Positions 1 through 9,811 of a DNA stretch of 64,000 nucleotides are shown one piece after another. The DNA is taken from contig JAVKOQ020000040.1 in assembly GCA_031835245.2 (NCBI GenBank), positions 186,001 to 250,000 of the forward strand. Direction: 5' to 3'. Position 1 is the stretch's first letter. Every line of letters begins with the position of its first letter. Source of the stretch: Balamuthia mandrillaris (taxonomy: Eukaryota). The translations under genes and the position numbers were made by a program. Below the pieces are notes generated by a model. The model did no database searches. It saw only the letters and a program-made list of their open reading frames with translations, and was not told where the DNA came from.

Positions 1-1431
1 CTCCTACAAGTCCCATTTCCTGCATGCCAGGTCCCTCCATGGTGAAGGTCTTGCCAGAACCGGTCTGTCCGTAGGTAAAGATACAGGTATTATAGCCATC
101 CAAAGCACTCTGCACAAGCTGAGATATTTCCTCAAAGACCTCCACTTGAGTAGCCTCTGGGCGAAAGACCTTGTCAAACTGGAAGCGAAACTTCTTGGAG
201 GGGCCTGCCTTGCCCCCAACGACACTCTCGCGTCCGCTCTGACTGACTTCGAGCTCCTTCTCATCGCAGTTTTCGGGAAAGGCAAAGGGGCTCTCTGCGT
301 TCTCCTCATCCTCAGCCTCAGCTCCGATAAGAGGCCGCACTCTGCAAAAGACACGAATATTGCCTTTAAGCTCCTGAATGGTGTTGTGAAGCTTCCTTCG
401 AAGCTGTTCGTGCTCGCGGCTCTTGTACTCCAGCTCCTCGATGCGGGCTTTCTGAGCGGCAATGGTTTCGGTCTGGTCTGAGATGGTTCCGGCCTGCTCC
501 GAGATGGTCCTCTTTCTCTCCTCAAGCGTTTGCTGCATCTCCACGATTTGAGTGCGAAGGCCTTCCATCTCCAGCTCAGCCTTGGCGATTTGCATCTTGG
601 CTCGGTCCAGCTCCTCCTGGCGAACGTCGAGCTTGATGAGGAGGTTTGAGTGCTCGCTCTGGAGGCTGTTGTAGAGACGCTCCTTCTCGGCCATCTCCGA
701 GCGGTGAGACTGGCGGGTGCTCTCGAGGAGGGAACGGAGCTCAGTGATGCCCCTTTGGGCCTCCTCAAACTCTCGTTGTCGGACCTCCACATTCTTCTCC
801 AACACTGTCTTTACTTCAGCCACCTCATGAACTAATGTGCGAAAACAAAAACATGTTAGATGAGATCAGAGAAGAGAACTAAAAGCAAGGGAAGAACAGG
901 AAGAAGAAGGTACGACGTACGTTGAGATTCTTTCTCTCCTACTTGCTGTTGCAACGCTTCGACTTGACTGTTCGATTCCTTCACTTGTTGCTTCAACGTG
1001 ATGGTGAAGCGTTCGAGATCCTCCAACCGCCCCTTGATATCCCAAGCCGGCCGCTTCTTTTTTCCTCCTGAAGCATTCGAAGCGGAGGCACTTGCTCCAC
1101 CAACATTAGGGTTTGCATTCTCATCCATACGAGCTCGTTTCGTCGCAGTGAGACTGGGACGAGCGGACGGGGTAGATGTTGCTTCAGCAATTCTTCTCTT
1201 GACGCTCGTCGAAGTCGTTGTTGTGCTTCGAGGTTGCGAGCCGCTCCGTGAAGTTGAGGTGGTGGTGGAAGAAGAAGAGGTTGTGGAAGAAGAGATTTTT
1301 CTGGCGGCGGCGCTAGCGGTGGGTCGCTGCAAACGGCTTAGGCCGCTGCTCTGGGATGAGATCGATCGGTTCAAGGCCGAGTCTCCTCCTCTTAAGCTGC
1401 GAGTGGAGATGTTGGATGGTGCGCGAGACAT
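1..1431 (-). CDS. Kinesin-14 (KIFC1/Ncd/Kar3-type C-terminal motor), 3' end runs off the window
   Basis: ATG at 1431; basic Ser/Thr-rich tail with KKKRPAWDIKGRL, then coiled coil and one intron (~833-917). Motor begins LHNTIQELKGNIRVFCRVRP and contains FEEISQLVQSALDGYNTCIFTYGQTGSGKTFTMEG (P-loop). Confidence 0.93.
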
Positions 1432-1627
1432 TGGCGGTATTTTCTTGACTAGAGCTATCTCTCGTATATTTTTCTTTTCGTTCGTTCACGTTGGGCTGCC
1501 CTTGGCTTTGCTATGCTTCGTTTTGGTGAACTGACGAATTGAGTAGGGAACAAAAAAAAGAATATGAAAAAACGTTATGGTACCAAAAAAAGAGCGGCAC
1601 TTTGCTCAGCCAGTATTTAACGGTCAC

Positions 1628-1641
1628 TTTTCCCGCCAAAA
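1628..1641. promoter_or_regulatory. E2F/DP-like site TTTTCCCGCCAAAA upstream of kinesin-14
   Basis: Matches the TTTSSCGC consensus about 200 bp upstream of the ATG of a mitotic kinesin. Confidence 0.5.
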
Positions 1642-1734
1642 ATGGGATCAATAAATTTATCTGCTATGATGATGTCACTGTTGGGCACTCTTTTCGACTC
1701 CCACCGACGACAACTTTGACTCGATAAGATCTCG

Positions 1735-1748
1735 AAGTGACGTCACTT
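1735..1748. promoter_or_regulatory. Perfect palindrome AAGTGACGTCACTT (CRE/bZIP core TGACGTCA)
   Basis: 14-bp perfect palindrome in the intergenic region upstream of the kinesin. Confidence 0.4.
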
Positions 1749-1857
1749 ATTTGCGCTGTAACGGGCACAGCAGAGAGAAGCGAGAGCTTGTTCTTGTATA
1801 GGTGTTACTAGCAGATGGAGTCTGTCCTTTTTATTTGGAGGTGATGGAGTGGGTTGT

Positions 1858-2253
1858 TCACAAACCCAAGGCGGAACGTACTTGTTCCTTGTCCTCGGCG
1901 AATTGGTAGGCTTGCAGGACGACCTCCTCAAAGTTTTCGGGATCCACAAGGTTGGGATAGGTCAGCACAGCCGTCATGGTCTTTGCCTCACCAAAGTGTT
2001 GCATCTCCACCAGTTCCTTCACTTGTTCCTATTTGTGAAAAAAAAAATGTGAGGAAAAACAAAATCGAGAAAAAGCTTGCATATTTTTTTTTTCTTGTGG
2101 GTGTGACGAAGAAGAAAGAAAACGAACGCAGGTGAAACGATGACTTTCAGCGGCAGCTGTGACCAAGCGAAGACGATCCTTGTCGCGTGGCATGTGGTCC
2201 AGCTGCTCCTTCAGGTTATCCAAGTCTTTCTTGCTGATTTGTTTGCCGGCCAT
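1858..2253 (-). CDS. Small helical protein, DUF4476-like
   Basis: Two exons: MAGKQISKKDLDNLKEQLDHMPRDKDRLRLVTAAAESHRFTC / EQVKELVEMQHFGEAKTMTAVLTYPNLVDPENFEEVVLQAYQFAEDKEQVRSALGL*. FTCxQV and YPxLVDPEN resemble DUF4476. Confidence 0.7.
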
Positions 2254-2422
2254 CTTTCTTGTCTTTTCTTTTGTTTGTATGCAGGTCGACAAGAAATCAT
2301 TATTGCCGTTGTTGGTTCGACTCTGGATGGAAGCACTAAAGTTCGCGCCTATTGATTTTTGTCGACAGAGGAGAACACTGCCCGCGCACAGAGACATCTT
2401 TATGTGTTCAATGCGGGTCCAG

Positions 2423-3689
2423 TCAATCAAGCCGAAAGTAAAGAGCCTTGAACTGCTCGTAGGTGATGAACATGATGACGTTCCACGGCCCCAATCGGAA
2501 CCAGTTTGGCCAAAAACCTTTGTAGAATCCAGCCACACCCTCGGATCGTATTATCTGCCGCACGCAATCCACAGATGACTTGTAATACATTCCCTTTCCT
2601 ATTTGTTGGGGAGAGCGGCAGAGAAGCTATGAGAATGACCTCTCAAGAGACAACGAGGTGGCAGCGAGATACAGAGGGAGAGAGAACAGAGAAAAGAAAA
2701 AAGTTAAGTACCTGTCTGAGGATGAGTCGGTTGGTTCATGATCCTCGTTTTGACAACATCAATAGGTGAGGAAGCCAGCGTCGCCACAAAGCCCGCCATG
2801 AACGACGCCACAAAATGAACATAGATGCCCTCCTTCCTCTCATGTTGCTCTGTGCCACTGGAGGAGGAGAAGACATGATGGCTCAACAGGTACTTGAACT
2901 GGTCGTAGGTGGCGAGCTCTGCTGCGGCCACCACCACGGCTCGTTGGGCCGTTGGAGCACATCCCTTCCACAGCCGCAGGAGGCCTTCCTCCCTAGCGAT
3001 GGTGGCAAAGGCTCGCAAAGGGTTGGAGGAGTAGTGCCGACCGCCGGGTCCCCCGGAGCTGGCTTGCATGCGGATCTTCAGCAGGTCCGTTGGTGTGAAG
3101 ATAGCCGCTGACAAACCGCCTGTTGGGAGCACAAGGATGAGGAGGAGAATAGTGGAAGGATGAGGAAAGGAGCGAAGAGAAGAGAACGATGAAGAGAACG
3201 ATGAAGAGAACGATGAAGAGAAGCCAGAAGGAAAGAAAGCAGAAAGAAGGTAAGAAAAAGAGGAAAAAATGAACCAGCAAACCCTCCAGCGATCATCAAC
3301 GCCAGCAGTGACGGCTTCTCATCAGCAGCAGCACCCGCCTCCCGCGTTTTCCCTCCTCTCAGCGCCACAGTGACACTATCCCGAATGGGCTCGTAGATGG
3401 CCATGCGAAAGCCGCTGTAGAGGAACTGCCGGAAGAGGGCCGGGGAGATGCCCTTCCACAGGCTGGCGGCCCCTTCCTCCCTGACGATGGTGAGCAGGGC
3501 GTGGCCCATGCCGCGGTACTTTCGCTGGTCGGGGCTGCTGCTGGCCTGCAGCTGGAGGCGCACCTTGGTGATGTCTATGGGCAGCGTGCAGGCCTCCGCG
3601 GTGCAGCTGGCCAACCCGCCGCTCAACCAGCCGGCCCACATGGGCAGCGTCGTGCCTTTCTTCTTTGTTGTCGTCGTTGTGGCGGTCAT
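2423..3689 (-). CDS. Mitochondrial carrier, uncoupling-protein (UCP/SLC25A14-30-like) subfamily
   Basis: Three PxDxxKxR carrier repeats ([30 protein letters not shown]); C-terminus [28 protein letters not shown]; two introns. Confidence 0.9.
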
Positions 3690-3690
3690 C

Positions 3691-3930
3691 TTTCTTTCTT
3701 TTCTTTTTTTTTCTTTTTTTCTTTTTTTCTTTTTTTCTTTTTTTTTCTTTTTTTTCTTTTTTTTCTTTTTTTCTTTTTTTCTTTTTCTTTCTTTTTCTTT
3801 TTTTTTCTTTTTTTTCTTTTTTTTTCTTTTTTTTCTTTTTTTCTTTTTTTCTTTTTCTTTTTTCTTTTTTCTTTTTTTTCTTTTTTCTTTTTTTCTTTTT
3901 TTCTTTTTTATTCTTTTTATTTTTTTGCAA
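3691..3930. repeat. Degenerate T-rich (TnC) low-complexity tract
   Basis: About 240 bp of T runs broken by single C, between the Sel1 stop and the carrier ATG. Confidence 0.85.
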
Positions 3931-3963
3931 TAAAACATTTTAACAAAACGAAGACGAAAGAGG

Positions 3964-6174
3964 TTAAGGAGAAGAGGAGGAGGAAGAAAGTTGATGGAGT
4001 TGATGTTCGCCAGCTTCCAAAAACTCTGCAGCGCAACTCTCCCCACAAAAGGTCATATGAAACACATCTTCCTCCTCTTCTTCCTCTTCTCCCGTCCCCA
4101 CTGCGTTCGTCCTCTCTGCCTTACTTTGCTTCGTTTCTCTTCTCCGCGCATGAAACCGTTCTGTTTCTGCTCCATCGTCGTCGTCAGGGCCACAACAGGA
4201 AGCAGAACACGGAGAAGAGGCAGAGGAAGCAGAAGCCTTGGGCCGAAAGCAAAGCCGCACCAGTCCTTTGTACACGCTGCGATTGCAATGGAGTTGCTCG
4301 CACTTGGTCCTTTGCTGATGTTCCAACTTCCACACAATGTCGCCTGGGATCAACCATTCACATCCTTCCATTACAATCCGAACATTCGTCGTTACCGTAG
4401 TTGTCTTCTCTTTCTCCTTTGTTGTAGCTTTCTCTCTTCCTTTTCCTCCTTCGTTCTCTTTCTGTTTTTCGTTTTCTTGTTGCTCACTCTCCTCTTCATC
4501 ATCAGCGTCAGCTTCGTCGTCATCGTCATCCTCTCCTTCCATCTCTCCAGAAAGTATACCTCTTAGACTGAAACCTCGAGTATCCTTCTTCGGTTCGTCC
4601 ACAACAACAGGTGAGTCTGTTGTCGTCGTCATCGTTGGTGTCGTGGCCGGTGATGCTTGCAGGTGAAAGAACGGAGCTACTGTCTCGCAGCAAAGCTCAA
4701 AGAGCGAGGGCACTACGTAGACCTTCTTGCAACAGCGATACTCTCCTCTTAGCTTGGCATGCAAGTAAGTCAAGGCCAAGCTGCTGCCATTGCTCAGAGC
4801 CGAACGTTTGTAGATGCGTAGCGCCTTGTGAAGGTTCCTCTCAGGGATACCTGTGCCGGACTCGTAGTTCCAGGCCAACCGGTTGATGGCCTCAGTGTGG
4901 TTCTGCTTGGCTGCCTTTCTGTACCATTTGTGAGCTGTTGTCTCGTCCTTTTCCACGCCCACGCCCAGGCTGTAGCATCGAGCGAGGTTGTATTGGCCGG
5001 CGGCGTCACCTTGCAAGGCCGCTTGTTGGTAGTAGTGGAAGGCTTGGCTTTGGTCTATGGGAAGGTTCAGCTGACCGGAGAGATAGCAGTCACCCAATGC
5101 ACATTGAGCTCCATAGTAACCTGGTTGTTTTTTATTGTGACAGGTGAGGAAGAGTGGAACGAAAAGAAAGAAGAGAGCAGAGGAGAGAAGAGAGAGCAGA
5201 TAGAAAAAGAGGAGGGAAAAAAACCTTGTTCAGCAGCACGCCGATAATACTGTAATGCCTTTTCATAGTCTATTTGCACAGCGCCTCTGCCATGGCTGTC
5301 GCCCGACTCGCCGTACTGATACAAGGTGCCCAGGTTGTAGAGCGACCTGCAATAGTCCTTCTCTGCCGCCCTCCTATACAGGCTCAAAGCCTTTGCTGGT
5401 GGAATGAGCAAAAAGGTAAGAAGACAGACAGACAAAAAACGCCAACACAAAGTGGAAACAAAGACGCCAACACAAAGTGGTGGCATGTAATGTTGTTGTT
5501 GTTGTCAACTTACTCCAAGAAGGCCGTACACCCCAGCCGTTATCGTAGCAAACGCCCAGCCCATGCTCCGACAGGGAGTAGCCGAACCTTATCGCCAGCC
5601 GCAGCAGCCGCACCACGCGCCGCATGTCCTTCTCCACGCCCCAGCCGTAGTGGAAGCTTTTGGCCAGGCCATGGATGGCAATGGCCGCTTTGACAGCCCT
5701 CACCGCTTCCTCTCCTTCCAGCTGGAAGGGCGGGGAGTCCGCGGTTGCTCTTCGTTGGTATTTATGGAGGAGGGCTTTTCCTGTCTTGGCCCAGCGACGA
5801 TGGAGTGGCAGGTTTTTCGCCCAGTCCAGGAAGACCAGTTGTTGCTGCTGTTGTTGCTGTGGCGAAGCAGAGGGACGCGACGGAGGGATGATGCGCAAGG
5901 AGGAGTGGTCCCAGAGGGCTGCTGGATGGCCTCCTTCCATGCCGGCGCGTCGGAGGAGCTCTGCTGCCTCGATGCCTCCATCGAGCACCTCCCCGCCACG
6001 CCCAAGCAAGCGGCGTCGAGCTTTGTCGTAGAGGCACTCGGTCTCTTGGGATGGAAAGGGGAGGTCCTTGAATAGCACCACGTTTTCCTCCCCATCTTCC
6101 TCCCCCTCCCTCTCATGCTCCTGCTCATGCCCTGAAGCCGTGGGAGCAGCAGCTGCGCCATTACAGCTTGCCAT
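3964..6174 (-). CDS. Sel1-repeat protein with C-terminal BC-box-like and Cys motifs
   Basis: Several Sel1 repeats (GQYNLARCYSLGVGVEKDETTAHKWYRKAAKQ etc.) over three exons; VPSLFELCCETV; C-terminal CEQLHC...FCGESC. Confidence 0.85.
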
Positions 6175-6389
6175 TCTTGCTCCTCTTTTCTTTCTTATTT
6201 CTAATTTCTTTTTTAAGGCGGAGAGATATTAATAAATTTTCGTATAAGGCGCATTCTTCACATTTCTTGAATTCTAATCGAACGTCAATCTAAAACCATG
6301 ATTTTTGATTTTCTATTGGATATATTTTGTCTACCCTATTTGATTGTTGGCTGTTATAAGTAATTTATAACTAATTTTAGGGGGAACTT

Positions 6390-6845
6390 CTACTGCCTCT
6401 TGGGCTTGGGAGGGGGGCCACGAATGACCCCAACCATGGCGAGCACCAGAGCAGGAAGAAAGGCGAGTACGCAAAGCAGGAGGGTCTGCACCAAAGCAGG
6501 CGTGTAGGCGTTTTCTTTGAGGTTGCCTTGGCTGCTCATGATAGGGGCGATCGGGATGGCGCTGGCCGTGAAAGCGCAAACCAAAAAGGTGAGGCCGTTC
6601 AACCAGGTGCCAACGTTGGCGAGAACGAAGAAGAGGGTCCAGAGTCCAGAGCCGAGGTGCATCTCGTCCACCGCAGCAGCCAGACCCAACAGAAGGGCAC
6701 CGTTGGTGACTTGTTCCAAGTGGAAGGTAACCAGGGGTCTGTAGCTAGGAATGACATCGTGGGGTATCAGGGCGAGTACACAACCGCTAAAGAACATCAA
6801 GAGGCCGCTGAGCAACAGGCCCTTCTTTACAGTCTGTGGTTGCAT
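6390..6845 (-). CDS. Intronless four-TM membrane protein, styrene-oxide isomerase (StyC)-like family
   Basis: 151 aa with four hydrophobic helices; GLLMFFSG, FHLEQVTNGALLLGL and GTWLNG match my recollection of bacterial StyC-like proteins (HLEG.MNG, G.W.N). Confidence 0.65.
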   Translation of the reverse strand: MQPQTVKKGLLLSGLLMFFSGCVLALIPHDVIPSYRPLVTFHLEQVTNGALLLGLAAAVDEMHLGSGLWTLFFVLANVGTWLNGLTFLVCAFTASAIPIAPIMSSQGNLKENAYTPALVQTLLLCVLAFLPALVLAMVGVIRGPPPKPKRQ

Positions 6846-7321
6846 GCTTTGTTGTTTTTTGTTGACTTGGGTTGGTTTGTTTCTTTGGCGATAAGAAAAG
6901 AAACAGACGCAAAAATAGAAAAATGTCGACCAAAATAATCGTCGACATTAGCCTTTGGGTGAAAAAAGATGTGCAGCCCCACCCAGAATCGAACTGAGGG
7001 CACCAGAACCAAAACCTGGTATGTTACCAACTACACCATGGGGCTTGAGTTGATGAATTTCATCCAAAAGTGTGTGAAAAATATCAAAAATGCCTGTTTT
7101 TGTATTGCCAGTATTTGGGATGCTAGAATCGTTGGTTTTGGCCATTAATCAAAACTTTTAAGTGTGGTATGTTTTGCTAGCGGTACTTGGTTGCTCATTT
7201 GTACGCTTGTTTCAGGAGATCTCCTCATTCCTTACGTAGTTATTAATAACGAGTAACCTGTTTCCGTAACGCCTCAATTATGCCAATATGGAAATAACGG
7301 CGACAAGCCACCATTTGTAAG

Positions 7322-8273
7322 GACAAAAGATTTTCTCGTGGTCTGTTTCCTCGTTTGGGTCTTTAACGTGGTTCGGCACAGCCGTGTTGCTAACAACCAG
7401 ATCCGAAACATCAATCTTGCCATTGTTACTCTTCCTTTGGTTCGTTGTTTTTATGTTTCTGTAATGTAATGTTTTGTTCGCGCTAACGTCTTTCTTCTAT
7501 TCTTCTTAAGGTTCACGCGTTGTTCTGTTACCTAGGGCTCTACTTCTTCCGTGGTGCTGAGACGTTGGAGCTCGTTCGTGACAGGTTTGGTATCTTTCTA
7601 TACCTCCTTTATTCGTTCTTCTCTTCCTCGTTCCCTTCGTGGCCCTCGTCTCTTCTCTCTGTTCTGCTGCTTCGCTAACGCTTTCGTTTCTGAAAAGCTA
7701 TGAGGCCTTTTGCATTTTTCTGTTGCTTCAACTTTGGGCCAACTTTTTGGGTGGCTTCCATCTCGCTCACAAAAAACTAAAGCAGCAAGCACCGTCCAAA
7801 CTCTTTGCTGTCGCTCCTCTTGGTTTGTAGAGCCCAACACTCCACGTTCGCTTTCACTTGTGTAACAACACAAAACTTAACAACGAAAAGGGTGCTGCTT
7901 TCGGTGCTGTTGCTCGCCGATCCAATGGAAACATGTGAGTTACATGTTGTTCGTCCGTTTGGGCACGTTTCAGTACTCTCTCGTCCTGCCGTTGACTGGA
8001 CTGTTGGCCGTATTCCTGGCAGAGAACGATGCCTACAGACAGGGCGTCATCGACTTTTCGGAGGGTTATATCTACATTACAATTGCGCAAGCCTTCTCCT
8101 TGCTGCTGTGCATGTACTGCCTAGTGATCTTTGAGAGGGCGGCAGCCAAGTTGCTTAAAGGCTTTCGACCGATGTTCAAGTTTGCATGCATAAAGCTGAT
8201 CGCCTTGCTTGCTGTTGTACAAGGTAAGCTGAAGAAGAAGAAGAAGAAGAAGAAGAAGAAGAAGAAGAAGAAG

Positions 8274-8305
<32 letters not shown>

Positions 8306-8696
8306 GAACAAGAACAAGAAGAGCAAGACAAGAATAAGAAGAAGAACAAGAAAGGAATGAAAGAGAAGAACTTAAAAAACAAAAAAACAATACTAACGCA
8401 AACAAACATAACCAGGATTCTTTTTTGCCATCTTGGTAAGAGCGGATGCCTTGAGATCAGATGACACGTTTGATGAGGATATCCGCGCGCAGGGCTGGCA
8501 AAACTTTGTGCTTATCATAGAGATGGCAGCAATCGAGTTGGCCATGGTGTGGGCCTTTCCTGTCCGCGACTCCATCTTTGGGTTGGAGATGGAGCAGAAG
8601 CAGAAAGCAAAGTTGGAGGAGTTTTTGGATGTGGAGGAGGGTGGTGTCGCGCTCGTTGCAACTATGCCCAGTAAAGATGAAGAACAAAGCGATTAA
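7322..8696 (+). CDS. TMEM184/organic solute transporter OST-alpha family protein (5' end uncertain)
   Basis: Exons encode ELVRD-SYEAFCIF, GTFQYSLV, CMYCLVIFE, FRPMFKFACIKLI and QNFVLIIEM...WAFP. The start codon was not resolved. Confidence 0.85.
8231..8303 (+). repeat. (GAA)n microsatellite inside a TMEM184 intron
   Basis: Pure GAA run just after the GTAAG donor. Confidence 0.95.
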
Positions 8697-8856
8697 GAAA
8701 ACAAACATGGATGTACAAAGGAATAAAAATGAACTAAGAATGAACAGGGAAGGGGATAGAGGAGAGCAAGAATGCACCACAAGCACAGTAAAATTGGAGA
8801 GACAAAGCAAAAGGCAGAAAAAAAACACAAGCTGAAATCATAAAAATAAAAGAAAT

Positions 8857-8928
8857 AGGGGCCAGGCGGATTTGAACCGCCGACCATTCGATCTGCAGTC
8901 GAACGCTCTACCACTGAGCTATAGCCCC
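8857..8928 (-). tRNA. tRNA-Cys(GCA)
   Basis: GGGGCTATAGCTCAGTGGTAGAGCGTTCGACTGCAGATCGAATGGTCGGCGGTTCAAATCCGCCTGGCCCCT; cloverleaf, A/B boxes, T-rich downstream. Confidence 0.97.
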
Positions 8929-9034
8929 TGGCGATAAAATTTGTTCTTTTTGCAAAGAGGCGGAAAAATGACTCCAAAAAAAATCAAAACGTTTTGGTGT
9001 GCTTCGGATTCAGTGGAGAAATTTACTCATCTAA

Positions 9035-9106
9035 GGGGCTATAGCTCAGTGGTAGAGCGTTCGACTGCAGATCGAATGGTCGGCGGTTCAAATCCGCCTG
9101 GCCCCT
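9035..9106 (+). tRNA. tRNA-Cys(GCA), identical copy
   Basis: Same 72-nt sequence on the + strand, followed by T runs. Confidence 0.97.
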
Positions 9107-9136
9107 TCCTCTTTTGCTTTTTTTTTCATATTTGTG

Positions 9137-9177
<41 letters not shown>

Positions 9178-9557
9178 CTTGCTTCCTCCCTCCTTGTCCT
9201 TGCCGTGTTGCTTTGCTGGTTGTTTGCTGTTGGCTCTTGTTTATTTTGCCCCACGACCAATATGGGCGAAAGAAAACCGCAAACCCCCGCGAAATCCCTG
9301 CTGTCGTGCTGCTCTCCTTTCTTCGGAATGTCCCGCCGACTCTTCTCTCTCCTCTCCCTCTCTCTCTGTTGGAAAGTTTAGCGGAGAGTTCAAAGAGAAC
9401 TTTGCCCATGCCGCCGGTAGTACCTCTTCCACTTGGAGGGCTTGCTCTTTCTCTTCTGCTTTCATCGTTTCAAAAATAAAGAAAATAAAAAAATAAAAAG
9501 AAAAGAAAAAAGAAAACAGAAAAGAAGAAGAAGAAAAAAAAGGGAACAACGGTTGTG

Positions 9558-9762
9558 ATGGAGGACCACGCTCCTCACCTGTTTTCGCACTTTGCGGTGG
9601 TGGGTCTTGCACCGCCGGAGGAGGCGCCGCTCCGCCGCCACCAACGAACAGGCGGAAGCGGAGCGCTCCTTCCTTCTCCTCCGCCAGCTGCTCAAGTCCT
9701 GTTTCGTTTTCCTCCTCCGGAAGCCGTGCCCTCCACTGAACCCATGCCCAAGTACCTCTTCT

Positions 9763-9811
<49 letters not shown>

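Noticed and set aside
3183..3222. Short tandem (AGAACGATGAAG) repeats as a CRISPR-like array
   Set aside because: No spacers, intronic and eukaryotic; no CRISPR array or cas gene is seen anywhere in the window.
3376..4400. Poly-Lys and poly-Phe ORFs
   Set aside because: They arise from the T-rich tract at 3691-3930; the carrier most likely starts at ATG 3689.
8693..9381. Two ORFs sharing RGYSSVVERSTADRMVGGSNPPGP
   Set aside because: Translations of the two tRNA-Cys genes.
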